A stretch of DNA of 64,000 nucleotides. It comes from Paramoeba atlantica. Its lineage: Eukaryota; Protista; Discosea. Positions 21,000 to 32,491 of this stretch are shown here, piece by piece. Within the stretch, counting starts at the first letter, position 1; each line of letters opens with the position of its first letter. Location of the stretch: the NCBI GenBank assembly GCA_977017575.1, contig CDRNVI010000040.1, positions 124,001 through 188,000 of the forward strand, in the 5' to 3' direction. The notes under the pieces were generated by a model, which had not been told where the DNA came from, searched no databases, and saw nothing but the letters and a program-made list of their open reading frames with translations. The translations under genes and the position numbers were made by a program.

Positions 21000-22299
21000 C
21001 CTTCCGTCGAAGGGAAGGCTTCACTTAATGTGCTGAACGCCTGGGAAAGAAAGCGGCATTTGTTCGATTGAAGAACAGGTACAGATGTAGAAATAATCTT
21101 CTGCGAAGCTTCCAACACCTCCGCCGTAGTCGAATATAAATACATATCCTGCACCCATAATTACATCTCCTGCACCCATTTTCTCCACGCTCAAGTACTG
21201 TGTCGCTTAATATTCGCAATGATATACTTGTCGCAGGGTTGAAAAATATGGGTCATCTTAGCTGGTACGTTTACTACGCTGCAATTTTGTCTCTCCAACA
21301 ACTCCTGTACATTTCCATGTTGCGCAGCTTGATCAATTATCAATACTGCTGGAGAGTTGAGATCCCGAATTTGCCTTCTAATTTCTAGAAGTTTTTTCTT
21401 AAACCAGTCAGTCCATCTAGCGAACGTTGACGCATCTTGGAAATGAGAATTTCCCCGATGATCTTGGAAAATACGACTATCCTGGTCATTCGGAGAAACC
21501 TTCGCGTGAACCGTGCTCGTTGCTCCCTTCCAAATGAATTGCGCGCCGTGAAATTTTCCTATATCAGAAACAGGTGCACTGCATGTAAAGCCGAGGCGTG
21601 AGGAGCCTATCTGAATTGGCTTGCCTTTTTTAGGTCGCACCCAAGTCCATTTATGGTTGTTTTGATCAAGGTGACAAAAAAATTCGTCCATGTTAAACAC
21701 GAGTTCGCATCGAACATGAGCATGCTTTTCCAATTCTCGAAAGAATATTTCACCCTGTTTCTTTACTTCGGGTGGTGTGACACGCCGGTCGGAAGTTGCA
21801 GCGCGGAACGAAAAGTTGTTTGCATGAAGAATCTGCATGCTTCGATCCCATGAATCACTTACCACAAACGGGCCCCCGTTCTCCTCTAAAACTTCAGAGT
21901 CTTGTCAAGAAGTCCTTTAGCAATACTGGCGACAAACGGAGCATCCACAGATTGATTTTGGCCGTTGTAGTAATTAATTGCTGTCAATAACTCTGCATTT
22001 TCAGATTCAGTAAGTAACAGAGGTCTTCCGCGCTGATCGATAGGATCGCGCCCACGAAGTACGTAAGCGGTGTTCATACTCATTTTCTTTTCCTGGGATA
22101 AATTCCAAGAGCGAACGGCCTGTGCCAAATTATGCTTCTTGCATAGACTCTGGAAACTTTGAACTTCTTCCTCACTCCACGTTTTTCGGCGTTTTACAGA
22201 GCTTGTCTCATTTTTTTTAGTAGAGTAATTTTCCACTAAATGACGAACTTCTGAGGAGACCGGTGTTGTCTCCAACGGTGTCTGCACGAAAGATCCCAT
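21000..22299 (-). pseudogene. pogo/Tigger-like transposase (HTH plus DDE_1), disrupted
   Basis: HTH-like ORF 21886-22299; VFNMDE, LIIDQAAQH and PAKMTHIFQPCD in 21191-21865. Confidence 0.8.
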
Positions 22300-22492
22300 A
22301 CCGGACCGTGGCCTGAGAAAAACATTAATTATTAGTTATTTTTCACCAATTTTCAGTAAAAATTAATTACTTTGTTAATTTATGCTTTGTTAATAAAAGC
22401 ATTGTTTATTTAAATTACGTTGTAATGTGCGCCACCGGTAATCCCGTTTCTGTGGGATAATGAGGCGGGAAAGTAAAAAAATAGAAGGAAAA

Positions 22493-22825
22493 TACTGTAA
22501 CCCCCCTTTATACTTCGCTGGTCAGACTCCCCCTTTTTTTATAGTACTTCGTTTTTCGTGTGCCCCCGAAGGGGAGACAATTATTTTTTAAAATTTTCGT
22601 AATTTTTCTAAAAATTTTAGAAAAAAAACAAGAACGTTCTAAGTGTTCCCTTCTAGAAATGGAAGGTGATATAGAAGGAAAGACAGGAAAACTGGATGAG
22701 CCGCGCCGCGAAACGGCGCGGCCTTTTTTTACACTTGTTTTTACAGCGGGGAAAATATTCAGATCCCCGCCTTTATACTTCGTTACTGCTCAAAATGGGC
22801 GAAGTACAAAGGGGGGGTCACAGTA
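22493..22825. mobile_element. MITE family B (TACTGT...ACAGTA), close copy at 52976-53311
   Basis: TIR TACTGT(A/G)N(C)nTTTATACTTCG; internal GCGCCGCGAA(A/G)CGGCGC hairpin. Confidence 0.9.
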
Positions 22826-23171
22826 CCTAAAATATAGGAAAAATCGATGAAACTAAAGAAAATTGCAAGCTCCAAAAACGGATTTTTCTGTCCAAAATTA
22901 AAACTTTAAAAATGCGGGAAATGCAGTATCAAGTAACACGTATCTCTGCGAGAGCTCTCGACTGCGATGCTACTTTCCAAAATTGGACAATTTATACGAA
23001 TTTTGACCCCCTCTTATAATTTCGTGTCACCCCCTGTATAGTACATGACATGTCATGTATAATGTATGTAGTATGTACAAGGGTCTTATAAATACAATCT
23101 AAATCCAAGTTAGGTCTTAAATCTAAACTGCCGATTCCACATTTTTCGTGAATCTATACATCTAATTTGAT

Positions 23172-23600
23172 ATGCAATATGAGAATTATGAGCGTAATAC
23201 TTTTACGGAGCCAAGTCGTCTAACCGAAGAACTAAAGTATGCCAATGACCTGTTTCAAATGGGATTAAGGGATGCCGAGGCTGGATACAAAAGTAGTTGC
23301 ATCGGCTTAGCAGGAGGCATATTCTGTATACCATTGTCGGTCGCGGCATATAGGAGACTATGGTCCTTTTCTAGTCCAACAAAAAGCGTACTATATCGGT
23401 TTAGTTTTGTCCCAGAATTATCTTCTTCTGTGTTACGTTGTACGAATCCTTGGACACTTTGTATAGGCTGTGTATTAATGTCCTCTTCCATATCTGCGTT
23501 TTCATCCGCGAAAAAACTTTTTTACACCTTGCGACAACTTGACGAACAGCATGCCGCACTTTCCAATATTCAGTTTTTGCAGAGAAATTCCCTAACATAG
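23172..23600 (+). CDS. Hypothetical protein with hydrophobic segments
   Basis: 142-aa ATG ORF on the cluster strand. Confidence 0.55.
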   Translation: MQYENYERNTFTEPSRLTEELKYANDLFQMGLRDAEAGYKSSCIGLAGGIFCIPLSVAAYRRLWSFSSPTKSVLYRFSFVPELSSSVLRCTNPWTLCIGCVLMSSSISAFSSAKKLFYTLRQLDEQHAALSNIQFLQRNSLT

Positions 23601-23794
23601 TCCGTCAGACTTTTGTTCCCCGAGATACTCGGTATACCGACCTCGACCTACTGTACTCAAATATGCAAAAGGGGTACAATGTACTTTCGTACCGAATGTT
23701 ACGTGCGGTACGTGAATTCCTTATTTCTTAGCCAAGTACTTTTTTTGCACATAAAAGTTATAATAAAAGTTTTTTTACTGCTATCCGCCCCCAT

Positions 23795-24799
23795 ATGCTG
23801 GAAGCCACGTTCTCCGGAGCAGCAGCGTACGAAGTGAGGAGTGTGATTGAGTGCATTACGGATATTTTTCCCGAAACTGCCTTGGTGGGTGATCCTGGCG
23901 GGCTGGTGTTTCAAGGCATGGACACCTCGCACGTCGCGTTGGTATCCTTCAAAGTCCCAGCGGATCGTATAGAGAAGTTCCAATGCGAGAGAAATGTGTG
24001 CGTTGGGTTGAGTATGGCTCACCTTCGTACCGCGATCAAAGGGGTGGAACGGGATACGCTCTCCGTTACCCTGCGATACGACGCGTTGACGGCCTCAGAA
24101 TCCATCGAGGTAGAGATTGAGCATAGTGTTTCCCGTTTAAGTGTCTTCCTTATATTGTTGCGCACACTGACACCTGATATTGCGGATACTCCAAGTCTTG
24201 GTTACAGCACTCGGGTGGTGATGCCGAGTACACTACTGCTTCGGTACTGTCAAGATTTACGACAGTTTGGAGATACAATACACATAAAAATTGATCAGCA
24301 CGTTGAAGATGATGAAATCGTTGAAACAAATTTGGAAAGCACACATGGAAAAACTCAAAATGGATTCCTTGATGAAATTTCATGTGCAGGGCCTTACATC
24401 GAATTTGGAGGCAATGGAGATCAAGGATGTGGCCGACTAAGACTCGTTGCTCAAGCCATAACTCCACATTCCAGAGAATTCAGCATCGTAAAACAGGAGA
24501 TAAAGAAAGAAGCGGAAATAAAGAACGAACCGGAGATAAAGAGGGAGCAGGAGATAAAGAGGGAACATGAGAATGGTGAAGAAGAAATTCCTTTCCCATC
24601 GGATGATATCGGGATCGAGATAATACAACCAGTGGAATTGCGGTTCGCCTTACGGTTTATGAGCTCTTTCTCTAAGGCGCATAAGTGTGCCAAAAAAGTT
24701 GTGATTCAGCTTAAAAGAGATACGCCATGTGTATTGCAGTATAAAACAGAAAGCGGGAGTACGTTAACGTTCTACTTGGCACCTAATGCAGAGGACTGA
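23795..24799 (+). CDS. PCNA: Proliferating cell nuclear antigen, divergent, with insertions
   Basis: MLEA..., GLVFQGMDTSHVALV, QCERN, DLRQFGDT, FYLAP. Confidence 0.9.
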   Translation: MLEATFSGAAAYEVRSVIECITDIFPETALVGDPGGLVFQGMDTSHVALVSFKVPADRIEKFQCERNVCVGLSMAHLRTAIKGVERDTLSVTLRYDALTASESIEVEIEHSVSRLSVFLILLRTLTPDIADTPSLGYSTRVVMPSTLLLRYCQDLRQFGDTIHIKIDQHVEDDEIVETNLESTHGKTQNGFLDEISCAGPYIEFGGNGDQGCGRLRLVAQAITPHSREFSIVKQEIKKEAEIKNEPEIKREQEIKREHENGEEEIPFPSDDIGIEIIQPVELRFALRFMSSFSKAHKCAKKVVIQLKRDTPCVLQYKTESGSTLTFYLAPNAED

Positions 24800-25134
24800 T
24801 GTCCGAGTTTCAACCCCTATGATCTCTATACGGTAGTCATTATTTCCAAGTTTTGTCCCCAGCAACGATTCTCTCTGTAGTGATGAAACTGGTAGATCAT
24901 GACATTGAAAATTTGAAAGGCATTCAGTAGATTTTACAGAGAAGAGTTAATTTAGAAAATCTATACTTATGAATGTACTAATGCGATTCCTTACGTCGTA
25001 TGTGTTCACCTGAAGACATATGGGAGAACTTGAACAAGAATCTTAAACACGCTATTAGGTCGTTCTTGGATTTTCTTGGTTTTGTTGCAATCTAAAAAAT
25101 AATCATAAAAAAATAGGTAACACTACTCTCCATT

Positions 25135-26868
25135 ATGCCAAGTTCTGAGCAATTCGTTTCGAGGGCGGACAATGGATTAGTGCTTTCATCTATTTCACCG
25201 GATGGACTTGTTGAAAGTAAAATCTTGAGTGAGCGTAATGACTTTGTTGAAACACCCATCACATTCTGTGCAGATGGTCGACTCTTTGGTATTGCACATA
25301 CTGCAAAATACATGTATGCGAACGTCTGGAATTCCTCTGGTGAATTCGTTCTCCAGGTCAAAAAAGATAAACTTAGCAACGCCATGCTCTCACCGCTCGG
25401 AACCTATCTGCACGGACAGTCCACTCATCTCAACAATGAGAATACAGTCGTATGGGGGGTAAAAGCTGGACACTGCGTAGCAAGCCTCGGGAGTTTTCGA
25501 TGGCCGACTTTCCTGTGGACGTCGGATGAGACGCACTGCCTTAATTTAGGAAGGAGTCGTATAAGCCTTTTTAGATCCTTTGACGATCCTTCGGAGATGA
25601 GCTCGGAGGAGCAATTTCCATTCTCGCTCACTGAGAAGCAAACCTATCTTGTTGGTTTATCGGATAAGTTTCTTACGGTTCTTACGACAAGTTATGTGAG
25701 TGAGAAAGGGACTTTGTTTACGTTCTCGTTGTGCGACCCACGAAAATCTATTTTCACTCGCAGAATACCGGATGTCGAGGATGGGAAAATTGTCTATGCT
25801 GTCGACCAGGATACGTTTCTTATTCATTCCACCACATCGCGAGATAGCACCGGGAATAGCTATTACGGAACAAGCGCACTGCGCCTGGCCAGTGCCACGA
25901 AGAAATCCATGAAACTCGTAATAAACCTGGACGAGTATGTCCATGATTTTGCGTGGCACCCCCACAAGGTCGAGCTTGTTGTGCTCTACGGAAAAATGCC
26001 AAACAATGAGTGCGTCGTGCTGGATAGCACTGGGATTGTCTTGTTTCGTTTTCCGGTCGCTCCTCGAAACCAGGTGCGGTGGACCCCCAGTGGACGGATG
26101 GTAGCGCTCGGTGGCATTGGCGCTCTCCAAGGACAGTTTTCGATTTGGGACCGGCATGCTCTCGGGGATTCCAGCAAAAGCGCCGGACACTTGGGCTCGT
26201 TTTCAATGAAATGCAGTCAATTCGAGTGGTCCCCGTGCTCTCGGTACATTCTATGCAGTGTGGTGCAAGAGCGCTCCCGTGTGGAGAACCGGATTGTGAT
26301 TTATTCCCACAATGGGGATAAAATACACTCAGTAGGGTTTGAATGCCTGTGGGAGGCTCGGTGGCTTCCGAATCCCTCGCTGCCATCCTTTACTCCAGAG
26401 TTTGTGTATATTCCCTTCAATACGAATCCCTCAAAAAGTGGTCTTTTTGTTCCCAAGAATAAGAGCGTGACGGCATCCTTGTTGCTGCAGCGTTCGCGAT
26501 CGGATGTCCAAAGCGAAATTTGTGGCGTACCAGCATTTAGAAAAGAAAACCATACTCGTCACGCGGGTACCCCTGGAGCGATGATAGCGCGTGAGGTAAA
26601 ACTACCGGGTAGTGAAAATGGCAGGGGTCATGAATCAAGCGAGAAGCCTATGTCATTGAAGAGTCCAGTGACGCCAGTGCTGTCGGATTCGGATGCGCAG
26701 GATCTCTCTAAGCGTTTACGCGGCTTAGAAAAAAAGTTGCGTCAGATTGAACTACTAAAATCGGAACCTTTAGAAAACCGAACAGCAGAGCAAAACATAA
26801 AGATATCGAAGGCTTCGGAATACTTGAAAGAAACGGAAAGAATTCGCTCTGCCTTATCCAATGCGTAA
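25135..26868 (+). CDS. EIF2A: Translation initiation factor 2A (WD40 beta-propeller)
   Basis: SYYG, VHDFAW, YGKMP, GALQGQFSIWD, FEWSPCSR; C-terminal LEKKLRQIELLK. Confidence 0.85.
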   Translation: MPSSEQFVSRADNGLVLSSISPDGLVESKILSERNDFVETPITFCADGRLFGIAHTAKYMYANVWNSSGEFVLQVKKDKLSNAMLSPLGTYLHGQSTHLNNENTVVWGVKAGHCVASLGSFRWPTFLWTSDETHCLNLGRSRISLFRSFDDPSEMSSEEQFPFSLTEKQTYLVGLSDKFLTVLTTSYVSEKGTLFTFSLCDPRKSIFTRRIPDVEDGKIVYAVDQDTFLIHSTTSRDSTGNSYYGTSALRLASATKKSMKLVINLDEYVHDFAWHPHKVELVVLYGKMPNNECVVLDSTGIVLFRFPVAPRNQVRWTPSGRMVALGGIGALQGQFSIWDRHALGDSSKSAGHLGSFSMKCSQFEWSPCSRYILCSVVQERSRVENRIVIYSHNGDKIHSVGFECLWEARWLPNPSLPSFTPEFVYIPFNTNPSKSGLFVPKNKSVTASLLLQRSRSDVQSEICGVPAFRKENHTRHAGTPGAMIAREVKLPGSENGRGHESSEKPMSLKSPVTPVLSDSDAQDLSKRLRGLEKKLRQIELLKSEPLENRTAEQNIKISKASEYLKETERIRSALSNA

Positions 26869-27007
26869 TTAATTTGCTAAATGGCCACGCTTGCTGAAAT
26901 GGTCTTTCTCGTTATCTCGCCTATCTTCACGGGTTCTTCTCGAATTTTTTCGGGAACATAGGCGGCATATCAGTCTCAGAATACATTTTCCCTGGGATAC
27001 GTTATGG

Positions 27008-28104
27008 TACTGTGACCCCCCCTTTAATATGCACCCCCTTCCCCCCCCCCTTAATATGCACAAATTTTGGTGAAAGGGGACTTTTTTTCCTCCCAAAACA
27101 AAATGATTTTTTTTCTCGGTGGTTGCGCAGACAAAATTTCAGTTCGCCAATATCACAAAGCATGTTGACGTATTGGCCGACCGAACAGGACAACCCAACT
27201 TGGTCGAAACGACACTACCTGTTTCCAGAGACGCATGTTATGATTCTTATCTAGTCTTTTCTTGTGGTGCAAAAGGGATGATCGTAATCCTTGTGGTGCT
27301 CCTGTACCTTCGGAAATTTCGTATAGATGCTCCAACATTTGGCAAACGTGTGTGGCCATAGGAGTATCTTTGCTTTCACTAAATTCCTTGAGTGCCGCAT
27401 GTAGTTCACTACATTCGCTCAAAAAAATTTCACACTGCTTCTGAATGCATTGTGAGTCGTATTTAGTCAAGATTTTTTGACACCGCTTGATGGAATTAGA
27501 ATCTCGTGGCCCCTTTTTTGCTTCTTCGATGAATAACTGAATAGTTTGCAAATAGTTTGCCAGAAATTCCAAACCTTCCTCGTTATCACTGCCGTCATCA
27601 GTGGTAGAACCCCATCAGGGGTTTCGAGGCTAACATTTTTTATATCGCTACCATGTTCTTCATCGGAAGAAACAGAATTCACTTCACTATCGTCATCGCT
27701 TGAGCCTTCTACGATCCCTAGGCCGTAGCCGCGTCGTTCTTCTTGTGCATTCTCCAAAGATAGATACAAAAGATTCTCTATGTAGCCAGGCACAAAGGCA
27801 TCCATGTAATATAATTTGAGAAAACTTTCAGGTGGCAGAATACTAAAAAAATTGGAATAATAAGTGTATTTTGGAATAATAATAAAATTAGTGCCCGGCT
27901 ATCTCCGGGAGGGTACGTCCCTATGGCATATATGCCCTTAAAATCAATCAATCAATCAAGTTCGAAAAACGCACAGGAAATAAAGGCGCCGCGAAGCGGC
28001 GCAATGTTTTTCCCGGAGGGGCGGGTTCTTCCCCCTCTTACCCCCCCCCCCCTAATACGCACAAACCCCAAAAACGTGTGCATATTAAAGGGGGGGTCAC
28101 ATTA
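27008..28104. mobile_element. Family-B-type element, ~1.1 kb, with internal - strand ORF remnants
   Basis: ~27-bp TIR TACTGTGACCCCCCCTTTAATATGCAC; internal frames 27153-27572 and 27467-27805. Confidence 0.75.
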
Positions 28105-28636
28105 CTAGTTAACAGTTAATAGTACAGCGTAGTACTGATAGTGGGTAACAAAGACAAAAGAGACAGTTCTTCTAGTTTGTAGTCAGTTTTACAGAATATC
28201 ACGCATAGAGACAGGGAAGCAAGCAATAGGTTTCATTTTGCTTCGTAAGGAACCTTTGATTGTTACACCGTAAGTTCAAAGAAAGAAATGTTACACTTAA
28301 CGGGGAAACGCCCAAATGGCACAGGCCGCAGTACCGGGATGATGGCTGAGTGGGATGAGGTGATCTGCACCAGGGGGAGAGAAAATAATGTTACATTACG
28401 TTGATAAACATACATTACGTGTACGTGTATGATAAACATACATTACGTGTATGTGATTTCTATTAGAAGTCTTGCTTTTTCCAGAATTTTACTTGGAGGA
28501 TACTTACCACATTGACCTGAACTAAAAAATGTTGGATTTGTAGGAGAATTAAAGGAGAAAACTATCTACATGTCTTCCGTCACATTTATATGATCTTCTG
28601 CCATTTTTTTAGCACAAAACTAGTTGTCCGCACTGT

Positions 28637-29716
28637 ATGTCATCTAGTCGTTTTTTAGCCCACGTTCACAAAGGACCTTCATGTCGTTCTTGCGGTATTT
28701 TGCCACACTCTACCAAATTTATACCAATCGCTAGTGGCGGTGAATACAATCCTGGGGATAGTACTCTCAGTAGTGTATCAACTTGTGAACGAGAACTTTA
28801 TGACCCGAGTGGAGGATTCCGTGAATCTGATACATTGAACGTCGAGCATCGACAATATATGGAAATGAAACCGGAGACACATGATGCAAATATGGTGTCG
28901 CGCGACGACCACGAGCTAATGTCCGCTTTTATAAGAAATCCCGAGGCTTCATATGACCTAAATAAAGTTGTGGACAGTTTCGATCGTTTTTCCAATATGA
29001 AGATTCCTCGGACAACGTCCGAAACAACAGCCCGAGTAATTTCCGAAAGTAGTATGACAACATCCACAAATAGCGACACAGGTAACACGAACAAAGCCGA
29101 CGAAGTGAAGCAACCTCTTTTTAAAACCACACTAACTGATTTTCGATACGCTGCAGAAGAATCGAACGTTCCTTTCTTCCTTGCCGCTGGAACTGCACTG
29201 GGAGCGCATCGTGAAGGAAAATTTATTTCACATGACAACGATATCGATATTGGCATTTTTCGCAGGGATCTAACTTCACATGATGCCTTCTTAGAATTGC
29301 AATCTTGCATGAAACGAAACTTCTTGCTCTTCGACGTCTTGGGAGAATTCGACCACGGCCTAGAACTACGATACAGACATCGCTGGACGAAAGTATTACT
29401 TGATGTCAATCTTTTTTACGACGATAAAGGCAGCGTAAAAATGTACGATTCGGTTTCGAAAACGAACTTTGTTGTATCCGGAGATTACGTGTGGTGTGCC
29501 ACTTACTACGGAGATGCAGATAGGAGAAAATATGGTAAGTACCGATATAGACATAGTCCATTTAAACCTGAACTTTGTGATTTTAGTGGGAAACAATATT
29601 ATGTGCCCCCTATTCTTTATTTGGAGGAATATTTTGGAGCGCATTGGAGAATTCCAGAACGGTTTGATTATGAAGATGGTCTAAAAGGGAAGTACAAAAA
29701 TATAATAGTCGAATAA
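28637..29716 (+). CDS. LicD/fukutin-family nucleotidyltransferase
   Basis: FFLAAGTALGAHREGKFISHDNDIDIG; YLEEYFGAHW. Confidence 0.85.
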   Translation: MSSSRFLAHVHKGPSCRSCGILPHSTKFIPIASGGEYNPGDSTLSSVSTCERELYDPSGGFRESDTLNVEHRQYMEMKPETHDANMVSRDDHELMSAFIRNPEASYDLNKVVDSFDRFSNMKIPRTTSETTARVISESSMTTSTNSDTGNTNKADEVKQPLFKTTLTDFRYAAEESNVPFFLAAGTALGAHREGKFISHDNDIDIGIFRRDLTSHDAFLELQSCMKRNFLLFDVLGEFDHGLELRYRHRWTKVLLDVNLFYDDKGSVKMYDSVSKTNFVVSGDYVWCATYYGDADRRKYGKYRYRHSPFKPELCDFSGKQYYVPPILYLEEYFGAHWRIPERFDYEDGLKGKYKNIIVE

Positions 29717-30192
29717 GTGTGCAATCTAATGCACGAAACGTGGACTGGGTTAGAAAGGCAGAAGTCACCGGGTTAATAGTACGGCTTCAGCATGGTTAGT
29801 GTGGCGGCCCTTTACCTTCGAAAAAGGCCCTTTAAACCGAAAAACTCCTTGTTGTGATTGACGGCGACGTTATTCAGTTACGGCAATGGAACGACATACG
29901 TAAGAGCGAAGAAATCAGTCAGGATATGTTAATCTCTGCGCTTAACCAATTTCTAATAAGGCCGCTCCATCTTATTGGAGCGGCTTCATTGTTCATGCCT
30001 TGATGGTTCATGAACAAGAACAGAAGCGCGAGTTTAGTGTCTGTGAAAGATGAGCCTGGGGAGCGTCATATGCGCCCCCCGGATTTATCTACATATTCTC
30101 TGCCTTTTGAAGGCATGATAAAATAAAAAGTAACTAAAGTGCTGACGGGGTGGTGACAAGGGGTGAGGGCGAGGAGCTCTTACTACTGCTAC

Positions 30193-30475
30193 TACCGTAT
30201 ACCCCCCCCCCAATAATAGACCTCCACAGTAACAGAGATTAGGTTCGGGAGGGTGGTTGGAGGGGGGAGGGGGTGTTTGAGCGGGTGGGGGGCGCTGGGC
30301 TGGGTGAGGGTCGTTGCGCGGGAGCGAATGGCGTAGTTGCAGGCTTGTCTGAGCAGAAAATCAATGCATCCATGAACAACAAAGGTCTTTTCCCACCAAA
30401 AAAGCAAACCCCTCAGTAAGAGAGATTTGGCCATTTGGGTACAAAATCGATTCTATTACTGGGGGGTATACGGTA
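30193..30475. mobile_element. MITE with TACCGTATACCCCC TIRs
   Basis: Inverted repeat at both ends. Confidence 0.8.
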
Positions 30476-31816
30476 GCATGTCATCTGAACATAAAGTAAT
30501 AAAATATATTACATACTACAAAACCGTCACTTGTAAGTTCAGTATATTTTAGATTGCTTTGAGCACACAGGCGTCTTTCAGAAGAACTTGAATAGCTGAC
30601 TCAGTGGACATGACGGGTCGGTGCTGCTCATACATTTTGATAAATTTCAGGAACGAAGATACGGGGAAGGAAGTTGTTGAAAAAAGGGGGGGAAGTACCG
30701 CATGTGCAAATCTATCCGGAGTCTCCGAATTAATATTCACGGTCCTAATGTTATTATCGATGTGCGTTACACTTACACTTCTTTCGTTTTGCACGTTTTA
30801 CACTGCAGGTGCACATGCTGGTCTATGTTGTCTCAGGGGGGGTATTCTCACAAGTTTCAGTTTTCCGAAGCCATTTGGCACATTTCGTATTCGACGTTTT
30901 GCGCAGAACAATGCCCCATTGTACTATGACACTAGGACTCGACAGAAGGTTGTTTTCTTTGCCCACCCGGATTGGAATGCCCGAGTCCTCTGTGTTACGA
31001 GCTCTTGCTTGGACTTGAGATTGTTGGGGTGAGCTTTTTAAGGCTTCTTCCAACACGACCGTAGCATCGCGTCCCGCCTTTCGCGATGTTAGATCTGTAG
31101 GAATGGTCTTCGCTGACGAAATCTCACTTGACGCAGTGTTAGACTAACACTGCGTCAGGTTAACTCTAACTTAGAGTTACTTTCAGAAGGCTGATTGGGA
31201 TCAACGTCCTCAATTGTTCGATGTTTCGATTCACGTGTCTTTGATTTATATGCCATGGGAAAGTGTATCATGTAAAAAGGGGCCGTATATACGTACATTG
31301 TTATCCTGACGACCAGTGTACAAAGGCTTGATGCTGATTTATGGTTCATGAACCACCAAGATATGATTTTTGTCTCGCAAATTTGACATTCTTTTATCAA
31401 TCAGAAGCTAAATGGTAGATATTGTGGCTGTAGCTAGTTATTGTGCCGGGGGGCACAATAACCCAGAACACGGTTTATATATTTTTTGTCACCCTTCTGA
31501 AAACGACAAGAACAAAAGTCTCGAAAATCCCATGCTCTAGCGACGGGATGTGTGGAATCCAAGAATTCTACGGAGTCGTCGTACAGTGTCACCTGGTGAA
31601 CTTTCCAGTGCGTACGCTCTGCACTCCAGAACAACCGGAAAACAGATTGGGAGAAATCTTTCCTATGCTGATTGTAGTGCAGTAACTTGTGTTGACCCAT
31701 ATGAGTAAAAAACCGTTCTACACGTAATTACTAATAGTATTTGGGGAATATGCGCTCGGCACTGCCTCGTCCATTCATTTGGAATTTATATTGCGTGAAG
31801 TAAATGTTACTACATT

Positions 31817-32491
31817 TCATAAACTGCCCTGCCGAACAGGCCGGAGTACTACATGCGGGACCCGCAGTGGGAGACTACGGCCCGCCTCCGGTACCTGGTC
31901 GCCCCGACCTCGGAACCTGAGCTCCAGTGCGTGTGCGGTGCAACCCTCCGCAACGAGGAGTTCTGCGTACACGCACTGGACTGCAAGGTCAAGGGGAAAA
32001 CACAGGCCTCCCGTCACAAAGAGGTCAAAGAGGCCTTCAGAAACCTCTTGGTGCACTACGGGTTCAAACCCGATCTCTGCGAACCGAGGTTCGACAATGG
32101 CAGGGGGGCGAACATCTGCTTCCAACTGGGACGGAGGCTCGCCCTGGGAGATGTCACCATCGTAAACCCACTGGCCCCGTCCTATGTGGAGAAGGAGGCC
32201 GCGGAGCCGTCCCATACTTTGAGGATGGCGGAGGCCAACAAACGGCGCACTCATGAAAAGGTGGCGTCCGTTAGGGGTATGGACTTTTACCCCCTAGCCT
32301 TCACCACATACGGGATACCGGGCCCAGAGACCTTGAACTTCCTTAACAAGATGGCCCGGGCCCACACGTCCGACAAAAACGGATGTCTTTCGCACCTCCT
32401 GATGGCCTTCGGAGTGGCCATTCAGAAGGGCAATGCCCAGATCGTGCAGGCGGCGGTACAAGACTGGTACCGCCGCGGTATACGGGGATAG
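31817..32491 (+). pseudogene. 3' end of a CRE/SLACS-like element (CCHC plus RLE), 5'-truncated
   Basis: CVCG...HALDC, RHKEVK, GDVTIVNP, FYPLAFTTYG; short 3' copy at about 52895-52970. Confidence 0.8.

Noticed and set aside
29958-29985. Rho-independent terminator-like hairpin
   Set aside because: Eukaryotic context and no U-tract.
31260-31700. Ulp1-like protease relic (HW...DS)
   Set aside because: Too short and degenerate to support.
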